From Candidatus Caldarchaeum sp. (GTDB taxonomy: Archaea; Thermoproteota; Nitrososphaeria_A; Caldarchaeales; Caldarchaeaceae), in assembly GCA_038844785.1 (NCBI GenBank), contig JAWBRA010000014.1, forward strand, positions 1 to 47,159: 47,159 nucleotides of DNA. Reading direction: 5' to 3'. Position numbers and translations under genes: made by a program. Position 1 is the stretch's first letter; each line of letters opens with the position of its first letter. The notes below the pieces were generated by a model. That model searched no databases. It was not told where the DNA came from and saw only the letters and a list, made by a program, of their open reading frames with translations. This document shows positions 1 to 9,173 of the stretch, in pieces.

Positions 1-126
1 TCTACAACAACATAAACTCAAAGACAGTAAAGAGTGTTGAGGAGATAGCAGCAGCAATAGCCCTAATACACAACACACTCATAAAAACCAAGACAGAAGG
101 AGGCGTATTACTTGGTTGACAGTACC
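1..126 (+). mobile_element. 3' end of an IS6-family element (transposase C-terminus at 3..119 plus terminal inverted repeat)
   Basis: Frame from nt 3 reads YNNINSKTVKSVEEIAAAIALIHNTLIKTKTEGGVLLG*, like archaeal IS6 transposase C-termini (RFYNN motif). The stop overlaps TGACAGTACC (117-126), whose reverse complement GGTACTGTCA also starts the decayed copy at 28856. Confidence 0.7.
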
Positions 127-179
127 CGCCGCGTCTTCGGTAAAGTTTATTGAGGTGGATGAAGGCCGCCATTTGTCCT

Positions 180-431
180 ATGGTTTTAGAAGTTGTGGGA
201 GTTGGGTTAGTGGTGGCGGGTGCTGGACTCGTATTCGGCGGGTTCTGGCTATGCTGGGATGTTTACAAAACGCAGCAGTATGAAGGAGGTGACGCCCGTA
301 CGCCTTTCCCCCTCCCCTTCTACAAAGCCTACGTTAAAAGGGATGCTGCTTTCGACATGGGTGTGGCGATGGGTGTTGCAGGCTACTTCTTAGGAGTTTT
401 GGGCGGCTACTTGATTCATCTCGTTCCATAA
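180..431 (+). CDS. small membrane protein, two hydrophobic helices
   Basis: ORF 150..431; ATG at 180 is more likely. Two Gly-rich hydrophobic segments. Confidence 0.6.
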   Translation: MVLEVVGVGLVVAGAGLVFGGFWLCWDVYKTQQYEGGDARTPFPLPFYKAYVKRDAAFDMGVAMGVAGYFLGVLGGYLIHLVP

Positions 432-533
432 CATTGTAAAAAGGTTTTTTAACTGCGTAACGGGATGGGAGACAGAACTGCCGACAGGCCTGATTAACGG
501 TAGTAAAAGGTTGAGGAGGAAGTGGCGTAAACA

Positions 534-1787
534 ATGGAGGTAAGCTTCCTAGGCGGCACGTTAGAGGTGGGTAGGTCAGCCATCCTAGTTACTTACAAGG
601 ATACCCGTGTCCTTCTCGATTACGGGGTTATGTTGAACGACCATCCGGAGTTTCCGCTGCCTGTGGAAACACGTAAACTCAATGCCGTCATCCTTACACA
701 TTCCCACCTCGACCATTCGGGAGCCCTGCCAATGCTGTACATAAGCTATTCGCCTAAGATGTACGCCACCGCCATGACCAAACACACGGCCGTCCTGTTG
801 ATTCAGGATTTTATCAAACTTTCGGGATACCATCTTGTCTTCGAGAAAAAGGAGATGGAGAAGATGCTTACAAACACACGAACCGTTTTCTACAGAGAGC
901 CTTTTACGGTAGGCGATCTTGAGATAGAGCTTGTAGACGCAGGACACATACCTGGCAGCGCCCAGGTTATAGTAAAAGGGGACAAAACACTGGTCTACAC
1001 AGGTGACTTCACTACAGTAAAGACCAGGATGCTTGACGGGGCTGACACGGTGATAGGAGACGTAGACGCCGTAATAATAGAGTCCACTTACGCACATGAA
1101 GACCATAGTCCTAGGCAGGAGCTGGAGAAGGAATTCGTCAAATCATGTAGGGAGGTTGTTGAAGACGGCGGTGTTGTTCTAGTCCCCGCTTTCTCAGTCG
1201 GAAGGGCGCAGGAGATTCTGTGCATACTGACGGCTCACGGGTTCAAACACCCGGTCTGGCTCGACGGCATGGCTAAGAAGGCGTTGGAGATCTATCTCTC
1301 TGACAAAAGGTTTGTGGATGGCGCCGACATACTGGAGAAAGCCAGCAGGAAAACAAGACTGGTTCATGGAAGACGCGGACGTGAAACAGCTCTGTCAGAG
1401 CCTAGTGTAATAGTTGCTCCTGCAGGCATGCTGAAAGGAGGGCCAGCTCTCTACTACGCTCCTTACATCGTTGAAGACGAGAAATCAGCCATTTTCCTGT
1501 CCAGCTTTCAAATCCCTGGTACACCTGGCGAAATCCTGCTCAATAAAGGCGTTTTGTCAGTCGACGGTGTTGAAAAGCCCGCCAACTGCAAAGTGAAACA
1601 GTTCAGGTTCTCGGGTCACGCAGGAAGAAGCCAGCTCCACGAATACCTGAGAAAAATCGAGTCTAACGCCAAGATCTTCACAGTCCACGGCGAGCGTGAA
1701 CAGTGCAGGCTGCTTTCAGAATGGGCTAAGTCGGAGCTGGGGGTAGAGGCAACGGCTCCGGAAAAAGGCCAATCCTTTAAAATTTGA
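534..1787 (+). CDS. MBL-fold beta-CASP ribonuclease (aCPSF2-like)
   Basis: EVGRS, THSHLDHSG, AGHIPGS, YTGD, ESTY, GRAQE, FSGHAG and VHGE motifs; no N-terminal KH domains. Confidence 0.9.
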   Translation: MEVSFLGGTLEVGRSAILVTYKDTRVLLDYGVMLNDHPEFPLPVETRKLNAVILTHSHLDHSGALPMLYISYSPKMYATAMTKHTAVLLIQDFIKLSGYHLVFEKKEMEKMLTNTRTVFYREPFTVGDLEIELVDAGHIPGSAQVIVKGDKTLVYTGDFTTVKTRMLDGADTVIGDVDAVIIESTYAHEDHSPRQELEKEFVKSCREVVEDGGVVLVPAFSVGRAQEILCILTAHGFKHPVWLDGMAKKALEIYLSDKRFVDGADILEKASRKTRLVHGRRGRETALSEPSVIVAPAGMLKGGPALYYAPYIVEDEKSAIFLSSFQIPGTPGEILLNKGVLSVDGVEKPANCKVKQFRFSGHAGRSQLHEYLRKIESNAKIFTVHGEREQCRLLSEWAKSELGVEATAPEKGQSFKI

Positions 1788-1863
1788 TAGTAGCTAGTTA
1801 GTTGATCCGAAAGTTGTTAAAAGACGCTAAAAGCTTGATAGGGTTGGTAGGCAGGCCGTTCAT

Positions 1864-3217
1864 GTGAACAACCTTGTAGCATATTTTGTTCCCTCAAGCC
1901 TTGTTTTTCACACTTCTATGATGTTTTTGACTATTAGCGTGGCTCGTCTGCTTGCTAGGTCTAGAAGCGCTGGTTTAGATGTTGTTTACTGGCCGCTCGG
2001 CTATGTTGTGTTAGGTTTGCTGGCTTGTTTTGCGATAGAGTTTGCCTACTCGATGGATATTCTAACCTTAGAGTTAAAAGACCTTGCTCGTGTTTCAGCG
2101 CATCTTATGACAATTTTATCCTCGTTCTTAGTCTACTCGCTCGGCACTTTCATCAGGGCCGTTGGCAGAATTTACACCCGTCTACTAATATGGTTTCAGC
2201 AATTCTTTTTGCGATACCTGCAGCAGCAGTTATCATCATAGCTCCCTGGGCGCTAACCTTTGAACTCGTCGAAACAACTATATTGGTTTTCTCTCACCAT
2301 ACCTTGTTAGCATATTTCTATGGTGTGCTGGGACGGGTCTCTGGAAAAAGAGGCTACAGGCTAACCCTTGTTGCCTACTTTTCGTCGTTAGTTACTGGAG
2401 CGTTGGCTTTTGTCAATCTTTTCTCCACCATCGGGTTCTTATCAGGCATGATAGAAAGAGACATGTATGTTATCCTGGGCTCGATTACGTATTTTGTTAT
2501 CGCTGGGCTATCCATAGCCGCTCAATCAACTATCTTGCGCAAGCCTTCAATATTTTACTTCGGGGAGGAGGGGCGAAGGGTTCAAACAGCGGTTGCTGCG
2601 ATTGACGAGGTGCTAGAGGCTGGTCTTCCTTATCCGTCGGCGATTGCTGTTTTCGGCCCCGCAGGTAGTGGACGCACAACTAAGACGGCGTTAACACGCA
2701 TGCCAATGGGGGAGGCGGTTGTTTATCTTTCCGTAGACACATCTTACGCAAGTCAATCGGAGACGTTCGCAAAGCTGGGGGCAATGTCGAAGCACTCAAA
2801 AACAAGCAGCAACTGCTCATAGTTGACACCAGCGGTACCGAGGGGGATATCAGGCTTAACCCACAGCACATAGGCATAGCCTTCACAGATCTGCTAGCCA
2901 AGGTTAAAGGCCTAAGAAAATGGATAATTATTGACTCTTTTACTACATTGATTGAAGAGTTTGGGCAAGACACGGCCTTGAAGCTTCTGAGGACGTTATG
3001 CGAGAAAGCAAACGCGATGAACGTGGGCTTTCTTTTCACCTACAACCCCTACGCATTTCCCACCAGCATAACAGCTCTGGTTGAGGATTGCGTAAACGGG
3101 GTCGTAGAGCCCGCCATAGAAGAGCATAGAACAGGCATATTGTGGAAGATAAGGGTGAAGTGGATGGCTGGCTACATACCCTTAGGGGATTGGAAACGTC
3201 TGGAAGAAATCATTTAA
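1864..3217 (+). pseudogene. frameshifted multi-TM membrane protein fused to a KaiC/RAD55-like ATPase domain
   Basis: Overlapping ORF pieces: TM helices (1864-2241, ~2190-2560), Walker A GPAGSGRT in the 2025..2822 frame, then a different frame from ~2760 with LIVD..WIIIDSFTT (Walker B) ending at 3217. Confidence 0.7.
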
Positions 3218-3244
3218 ATAACTCGGCCTAGCTAATAACGGCGT

Positions 3245-3335
3245 GCGGCGGTCGTCTAGCCTGGTAGGACACCAGCCTGCCATGCTGACGGTCGCAGAAC
3301 GCTGGGAGTCGCGGGTTCAAATCCCGCCCGCCGCA
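3245..3335 (+). tRNA. tRNA-Gly(GCC) with a 17-nt intron at canonical position 37/38 (3283-3299)
   Basis: Acceptor GCGGCGG/CCGCCGC; anticodon stem CCAGC/GCTGG; anticodon GCC 3279-3281; T-loop GTTCAAATC; CTGC pairs with intron GCAG as the central BHB helix. Confidence 0.93.
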
Positions 3336-3377
3336 CTTTATGATTAAAACACATATAGTCAGAGGGGCTGGAGTGGG

Positions 3378-4727
3378 TTGATGAGAGGCTTGGCGGTTAT
3401 CGTGGTTGTTCTTCTACCGTTGGCGGCAGCGTTATCTCCGCCAAACATGGTAAACATACCAATTCAAGGAACACCTGTGAGGGTTGATGCCGACGGGGGA
3501 AACCTGTTGGCGATAGCATTTGCCGACAGGAACGTCATAGGGCTGTACTATGTTGATGTAGGCTCGTATGTAGAGATACCAGTTGAGTCGCCCGTGGTTA
3601 AGACGGTTTTTTCAAAAGGGAAAGCTGTGGCGCTTCTCATGCCGGGCAACAAGCTAGCGGTGGTGGGGACCGCATCCAAAAAAGCCACTTTCGTTGAGCT
3701 AGAGTTGACAGCGACCTCGATAGCGGCGGACTCAAAAAACATTTACGTAGCCTATGCTCGTGCCGGAAAAATAGATAAGCTTTCCGCCGACGACTTAAGT
3801 TTGGTTGAAACATTCAGCTCAGCTTTAGCCGACGGTGTTGATTCCCTCTCCGTTTACGAAAGTGTTGTCTGGACTGTCTCTCCAACGCTTGACACAGTAA
3901 ACTTTCACGGGAAAGATTCTGGAAGCGTTAAAGTTAACGGAGTAATCACAAGGCTTCAGGCGGTTAAGGATGGGGCATGGGTCGTTTTAAGCGATGACAC
4001 AGTAATAATGGTTGCGGGCACGTCGATAATTTACACAACAAACTTACCTAAGGCAACTTTCGTCACATCGGTAACGGCTTTGGACCAGAAGCTAGTCTAT
4101 TCCAGCATCTCAAGAAGGGTTGTTGGATTGGTTGACCAAAACGGATACCGGGAGGTATACATGCCCTCCTATTCCCCAAGCTCCGTTGCAACAGGATTGA
4201 ACAGGAGAATATGGTTTCTAGACTCCTTGTCAAAGAACGTAGGCTATGTTTTCGACTCACAGCCCCCGAGGATTTTTGACTGGTCTATGAACAGGCTTCA
4301 AGACGGGTCGACGGAGGTTAGGGCGAAGGTTTCAGACCCAGACGGAGACCTAGCGTCAGTTACACTTGTTGCGATACAGTATCAGGGAGTTTACGTGCTA
4401 GGCCCCGTTTCAACCCCGATGGACTCCGTTCAGGAGTTTTACAGAGGTGTTTACCGGCCGGCAGCGGGGGTGACGCGGGCTGAGCTGTATGTTAACGTTA
4501 CGGATTCAGCGGGCAATCATGCTACGCAGAAGATAGGTGAGGTTGACTACAGCGTTTCAACGACCTCTCCCGTGCTTACGACCCAGACAGGAACTGTTCC
4601 GCAGCAAGACGGGCGAGCTGTCTTCTCAATAGCAGCTGAACTTCTCCTCCTCATCCCGCTAATCCTGGTAGCGACCTTTTTTGCCGTAAACAGGAAGAGA
4701 AAAAGAAAGCCTAGAAAGAAGAAGTAG
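3378..4727 (+). CDS. secreted, C-terminally membrane-anchored protein with beta-propeller-like repeats and an Ig-like domain
   Basis: Signal peptide, beta-rich repeats, VSDPDGD motif, Thr-rich linker, C-terminal TM helix plus basic tail RKRKRKPRKKK. Confidence 0.75.
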   Translation: MMRGLAVIVVVLLPLAAALSPPNMVNIPIQGTPVRVDADGGNLLAIAFADRNVIGLYYVDVGSYVEIPVESPVVKTVFSKGKAVALLMPGNKLAVVGTASKKATFVELELTATSIAADSKNIYVAYARAGKIDKLSADDLSLVETFSSALADGVDSLSVYESVVWTVSPTLDTVNFHGKDSGSVKVNGVITRLQAVKDGAWVVLSDDTVIMVAGTSIIYTTNLPKATFVTSVTALDQKLVYSSISRRVVGLVDQNGYREVYMPSYSPSSVATGLNRRIWFLDSLSKNVGYVFDSQPPRIFDWSMNRLQDGSTEVRAKVSDPDGDLASVTLVAIQYQGVYVLGPVSTPMDSVQEFYRGVYRPAAGVTRAELYVNVTDSAGNHATQKIGEVDYSVSTTSPVLTTQTGTVPQQDGRAVFSIAAELLLLIPLILVATFFAVNRKRKRKPRKKK

Positions 4728-5273
4728 GTCTTCAGGCGAGTCTAGGTCTAAGGCCGTTTCGAGCTTGACAAAAACCTTGACAGCAGAACGTTTTCTAAGC
4801 TGGTTGAGGTGTCGTTGGAAGCTGCCTGACCCGAACATAGGCTTGAAAAACCCGGCCCCGTCTAGGTACAGCATGTTTGTCCCCTTCAGCCTCAAGTCTG
4901 GACAGATAACGCAGCCATAACGTCGACCCAGCATGTGCACGGTCTCCAAAGCGTCCAGGCTGAGAAGAGGGAGGTCGGGGAGCACAATGAGGAGTGGGAC
5001 GTTGGAAAAACTTTTAAAAACATTAGCTAGAGCCTTGTTTAAGTTGTTGAAATCCTCTCTAAACACCAGCCAGCCCATTCTAAGCGATATTTCAGCGACC
5101 GTATCATCGGGGGTTAAGGACAATACCTTAAACCCAGCCCTCTGGCATAGCCTGCCGGTGCGCAGAAAAAGGTTAAGCACAAGCATCTTCCTCTCACTTT
5201 TTGACAAAACTGTTGAAAGCCTTGTCTTTGCCCTCTGAAGATTTTTCACAGGTAGGATGGCTAAGGCCCTCAA
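4659..5273 (-). CDS. cofC: 2-phospho-L-lactate/PEP guanylyltransferase (F420 biosynthesis)
   Basis: ILPVKNLQRAKTRLS, DLPLL, GTN, FGSGSFQRH, LDLDSPEDL; adjacent to cofD. Confidence 0.9.
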   Translation of the reverse strand: MRALAILPVKNLQRAKTRLSTVLSKSERKMLVLNLFLRTGRLCQRAGFKVLSLTPDDTVAEISLRMGWLVFREDFNNLNKALANVFKSFSNVPLLIVLPDLPLLSLDALETVHMLGRRYGCVICPDLRLKGTNMLYLDGAGFFKPMFGSGSFQRHLNQLRKRSAVKVFVKLETALDLDSPEDLLLLSRLSFSLPVYGKKGRYQD

Positions 5274-6202
5274 ACACTCATACCCAATGCATGGAGACAG
5301 AACTTCGCCAGCCTCACCTTATCTTCAAGGCTTTTCATGACAGTATCGGTTGTTAGAGCTTTTATGCCCAGGGCGTTTATGCCGTCAACCAACTCCGAGT
5401 CTTGATCATCCACTACTAGTATGTCCAGAAAATCCTTGTACAGCTCCGCCACACCCAGAGCTGAAGCCTCTACGCCAACTGCTCTCATCATGTCCGCGGC
5501 AGGACCTCTCAAGGCTTTTCCCGCGACTATTGGTGAGACAGCCAAGATTTGGCCTGTGAAGTTACGTAGTTTCTCCCTCAGCCCTTTAAGCGACAGTATC
5601 GGGCCAATGCTCACGACAGGGTTGCTCGGACATAGGACCACGGCTTTAGAGGAGTCAAGAGCCTCCATGACCTGAGGCGTCGGACGAGCCTTCTCCACGC
5701 CATCAAACCTCACACCCAAAACCCTCAAACCATGTCCGTATTTGACGAAGTATCTTTGAAACGGCATGACACCTTTATCGGTCTCCACCAACGTGCGGAC
5801 TCTGTCATCCGACATGGGTAACACTCTCCAGCCGGCCTTCAGCCGAGAAGCTATTTCCTCGGTAACCTGTGTCAGCGTCGCGCCCTGCTTAAGCCTCATC
5901 GTTCTGTATATGTGTACGGCCAAATCCCTGTCGCCGAGTTTAAACCATGTCTCACACCCAAGCAGGCCCAGCGTTTCCAGCGCGTTAAATGTATCGCCGG
6001 CAACGCCCCAGCCCTTTTCAACGTCAACCATGTCTGCAAGGCTGTAGACTACGGTGTCCAAGTCAGGCGAGACATGCAGCCCGAAAAACTCCTCGTCATC
6101 AGCGGTGTTAACAACAGCAACCCCTGAAGAGGGCTTCATGACAAGTTTGAACCCGACCAGCAGTTTCGAGGCTCCAACTCCGCCGGCCAAGCAGGTTAGC
6201 GT
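5270..6202 (-). CDS. cofD: 2-phospho-L-lactate transferase (F420-0 synthesis)
   Basis: LAGGVGASK, NTADD, SPDLDTVVY, WFKLGDRD, PSNPVVSIGPIL. Start extended four codons upstream of the TTG at 6190 to an ACG (see findings). Confidence 0.93.
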   Translation of the reverse strand, partial: TLTCLAGGVGASKLLVGFKLVMKPSSGVAVVNTADDEEFFGLHVSPDLDTVVYSLADMVDVEKGWGVAGDTFNALETLGLLGCETWFKLGDRDLAVHIYRTMRLKQGATLTQVTEEIASRLKAGWRVLPMSDDRVRTLVETDKGVMPFQRYFVKYGHGLRVLGVRFDGVEKARPTPQVMEALDSSKAVVLCPSNPVVSIGPILSLKGLREKLRNFTGQILAVSPIVAGKALRGPAADMMRAVGVEASALGVAELYKDFLDILVVDDQDSELVDGINALGIKALTTDTVMKSLEDKVRLAKFCLHALGMSV

Positions 6203-6822
6203 ATCCTTTCACCCCACCGGTTTAGAAAAACAACTTCTCCGACGGGCTTTCTTGTTCCAGAGGTTTCTCCACCCCTAAGCCCAACCTCAACCATCGCCTG
6301 CGGCTCGATGTCTTCAGGCAACTCCAAAACCCTCCTCACAGCCTCCTGTGCGAAAAGCGGTGAGCAACGCCAGCAAGCCCCATATCCCATGGCATGAAAA
6401 GCGAGAAGAATGTTTTGAACCGCCGCTGCAACGCTCTGAACCCCCATCAGATATTCAAGACGTGCTCTTCTGCTGTCCCAATATTTGTCCATGTCCCTCA
6501 TCGTCAAGCATACAACTATTAAGAATGCTGCGCGCCGGCTTCTGCTGTTGGAGCTTTCTACAATTTTTTCGGCCTTCTCAGGCTCCATCCCGTCAGACAC
6601 TAGGTCAAACAGCCATGCCCTACCCATCTCTTCCAAAAGCCTTTCCTTAACCTCCGGCTGGCTGACAACTACAAACCGCCAAGGCTGAGCGTTATGAGCG
6701 TTTGCAGCCCAGACACCAACTTCAACAGCCTTCAACACAGCCTCGAACGGAACCTCTCCAACACCCAGTTTCTTCGAACTCCTTCGGCTCTTCAAAAACT
6801 CTAGCAAGCTTTCTGAGGACAT
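6196..6822 (-). CDS. FMN nitroreductase-fold protein, FbiB C-terminal domain/FbiE-like dehydro-F420-0 reductase
   Basis: RRS, ANAHNAQPWRF, RLLEEMGRAWLFDLVSDG, MGVQSVAAAVQNILLA, GACW; directly upstream of cofD-cofC. Confidence 0.8.
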   Translation of the reverse strand: MSSESLLEFLKSRRSSKKLGVGEVPFEAVLKAVEVGVWAANAHNAQPWRFVVVSQPEVKERLLEEMGRAWLFDLVSDGMEPEKAEKIVESSNSRSRRAAFLIVVCLTMRDMDKYWDSRRARLEYLMGVQSVAAAVQNILLAFHAMGYGACWRCSPLFAQEAVRRVLELPEDIEPQAMVEVGLRGGETSGTRKPVGEVVFLNRWGERIR

Positions 6823-6882
6823 TCCTCCGAAAGCTATGGTATGGCTATATTAATCCTCGACGTCAGTGTGTGGGGTCTGGCG

Positions 6883-7902
6883 ATGGTTGAGCTCTGGTTC
6901 AAGTACGGCAGGACCGAGATATTCGCAGACGTCGAAAACTCGTTGGAAATTCTGCAACCTTCCCAACGATTGCCTGCCGCCGAACAAATCATACATCAGA
7001 TAGCCAGCAGGATAAACCATGGAATTAGGACTCTCGTCATAGACTATGTTCATTCGTTGGAAGGTCTAGACCGTGTAATCAACTCAGCAGTGGAGGCCAT
7101 GGTAAGTAAAGGAGTCAGCTATGATGAGATAGAGGCTTTAGTTACTTGCTGGCGTTACGGTGACCAGCATGTTGAAAGATATCTTTTCAACCATGTCAAA
7201 GGACTGTTGAAAAACCTGGGTGTAGCCAAGTTTGAGCATATCCAAGAAGTGGCTGACGCTGACTTGAGCAAGGCGTTGGTGGTAACCCCCACCGTTTACT
7301 GGGATTCTGAGACAGTGGCCGTCCCTGATTTTTGCAAAGACTTTAGACATGGGCTTGTCGTCACACCTATAGCAGGATACGGCGGAGTGGTAGCGGATGT
7401 TTTAGTCGGAGAGTTTGAAGAAGTCGTTGAAAAGTCTTTAGAGAGAGCTGAGACATTAGCCCGATACACACCAACAAAAGCTGCCGACATCATCTTGGTT
7501 GGCGGGCCAGGCTACCCCGTAGACAGCCGGCTATCATCATGCATTAACATCGCTTCAGTGGTTTTGGACGTTCAACCGGGAAAAGTTGTTGTTTTTATGC
7601 TTGAATGTTCGGATGGGCTGGGGGAAGACGATTTTGTATCCCTGATGGTGGGAAAAAGCCCGGGGGAAAACGAGAAAAACAAGATTTTTGAAAACCGTTT
7701 AGCTGTATGGCGAAAGGTTGTTCAAAACCATAAGGTCTGCTTAGTTACTGCACTGCCTTCAACTATCGTAAGCAGGCTTCTCAACTCACGTCAAATGGAC
7801 ACCCTCGACCAAGCTCTCGCCTACGGCTGGCGTTTAAAATCCAAGGAAGCGGCTGTTCTAGCCATTCCCAACAGCGTTGGCACACGTTTGACAGGTTTTT
7901 AG
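6883..7902 (+). CDS. LarA/DUF2088-like protein (divergent)
   Basis: N-terminal WFKYG and C-terminal ADIILVGGPGYPVD...VVVFMLECSDGLG resemble lactate racemase family motifs; ATG 6883 preferred over 6841. Confidence 0.6.
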   Translation: MVELWFKYGRTEIFADVENSLEILQPSQRLPAAEQIIHQIASRINHGIRTLVIDYVHSLEGLDRVINSAVEAMVSKGVSYDEIEALVTCWRYGDQHVERYLFNHVKGLLKNLGVAKFEHIQEVADADLSKALVVTPTVYWDSETVAVPDFCKDFRHGLVVTPIAGYGGVVADVLVGEFEEVVEKSLERAETLARYTPTKAADIILVGGPGYPVDSRLSSCINIASVVLDVQPGKVVVFMLECSDGLGEDDFVSLMVGKSPGENEKNKIFENRLAVWRKVVQNHKVCLVTALPSTIVSRLLNSRQMDTLDQALAYGWRLKSKEAAVLAIPNSVGTRLTGF

Positions 7903-9044
7903 AAAATACGGTTTAACGGGACGAAGCTTAGGACCAGCATAGCCACCAGCCCTATGATGGAAACCTTTCTCCAGAAGGAGAGTGGGGAGACCTCGTCTAG
8001 CGGCGCTATGTCCACGCTCCTGCCCATCATCAGGATCAAGAGAAGGGCCATGAAGTAATATCCTGTTATGACTAGGATTCCGAGAGCTACGTATGATGCG
8101 ATTACATGCTGCCGTCTAGTTAGAAAGCTTCTGAATATCCTTCCCCCGTCCAGCTGCCATATCGGCATGAGGTTTAAAGCGGTCACCACCATCCCCAGCC
8201 AGGCCGCGAACCCGACGGTCATGAAGAAAGGAAATTGGTCAGCCCTGCCGTACAGAAGCCTTATAAACGAAAATATTAAGGGCACCTCAACAATCGACCC
8301 CTCCCTCGCAGCTGTTTCAAGGACCTTCATGTACTGGTCTGCTGGAAGCCATACAGCTGTCTCGAAGGCCGTGAAGGTCACGACCAAAGAGGCGGTGAAC
8401 CCGGCTACTGGGCCGCTTACTCCGATGTCGAACATATCATCCCTGTTAGCGAGCGGCTCCTTCTGAAATATTACAGCGCCCAAAGTTGGAATTATTCCTG
8501 GAAACCCTGGTATGAAGTATGGATGGCTTGCCGACACCCCGTCCAAGCGGGCTGAAAGCTTGTGTCCCATCTCGTGTATGAAGATTATTGCGAGCAGGGC
8601 TGCTGAGAAGATTAGGCCGTTTAGGAAAACGTCTTGAACCCCATAGCCTGGCATTATCACGGCGTAGAGCCTGCTGTTGGAGCGGAGGAAACCGTCTAAC
8701 GACACCGTTAAAACCGTCGCAAGCCCGAGAATCACAGGAACCTTAATGTTGTTTTTTGAAGGCCTTACGTATGGAAAGACCCGGATCTTAACAACTTCAT
8801 TCTCTTTACGGGCAGTGGCTATGTAGCCGAGGCTCTTCAGCTGTGTTAAACATCTTTTAAACCTCTCTTTTATCTCCGTCTCAGCAACCTCGAACGTAAG
8901 TATGCCTGCCTCCAAGTAGACGTTTACGACGGTGAAGTTGTTTCCTACCACCGTTTTCACCGCGTCGATTTCTGCGACCGTTCTTTCTGGAAACTCCATG
9001 AAACCGTAGAAACGACGTATCTCTGCTCTAAAAGGATTACTCAT
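7899..9044 (-). CDS. site-2 protease (M50 family) intramembrane zinc metalloprotease
   Basis: HEMGH, GPVAG and NLMPIWQLDGG motifs with multiple TM helices; true start may be the ATG at 9000. Confidence 0.9.
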   Translation of the reverse strand: MSNPFRAEIRRFYGFMEFPERTVAEIDAVKTVVGNNFTVVNVYLEAGILTFEVAETEIKERFKRCLTQLKSLGYIATARKENEVVKIRVFPYVRPSKNNIKVPVILGLATVLTVSLDGFLRSNSRLYAVIMPGYGVQDVFLNGLIFSAALLAIIFIHEMGHKLSARLDGVSASHPYFIPGFPGIIPTLGAVIFQKEPLANRDDMFDIGVSGPVAGFTASLVVTFTAFETAVWLPADQYMKVLETAAREGSIVEVPLIFSFIRLLYGRADQFPFFMTVGFAAWLGMVVTALNLMPIWQLDGGRIFRSFLTRRQHVIASYVALGILVITGYYFMALLLILMMGRSVDIAPLDEVSPLSFWRKVSIIGLVAMLVLSFVPLNRIF

Positions 9045-9058
9045 GAAAAATCATCTGA

Positions 9059-9134
9059 TGGGGCCGCCCGGATTTGAACCGGGGACCTCGCGGGCCCGAG
9101 CCGCGCATCTTAGACCATGCTGGACCACGGCCCC
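9059..9134 (-). tRNA. tRNA-Pro(CGG)
   Basis: Reverse strand GGGGCCGTGGTCCAGCATGGTCTAAGATGCGCGGCT-CGG-GCCCGCGAGGTCCCCGGTTCAAATCCGGGCGGCCCCA folds as a cloverleaf. Confidence 0.95.
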
Positions 9135-9173
9135 CAGTAAACCTGTGAAAACCCGTTCTATATATTTAATCGC

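Noticed and set aside
107-124. The IS6 end read on the minus strand (TACTGTCAACCAAGTAAT) matches 14/18 to revcomp(spacer B)+spacer A of the candidate guide RNA, suggesting IS6 targeting.
   Set aside because: The half-site order is opposite to the TIGR/bridge geometry for a minus-strand RNA, and a 14/18 match is roughly what chance gives in a window this size. Worth rechecking only against other IS6 variants.
432-533. Possible box C/D sRNA (ATGGGA...CCGA...CTGA) in the intergenic gap
   Set aside because: Poor box C and too short for a two-guide sRNA.
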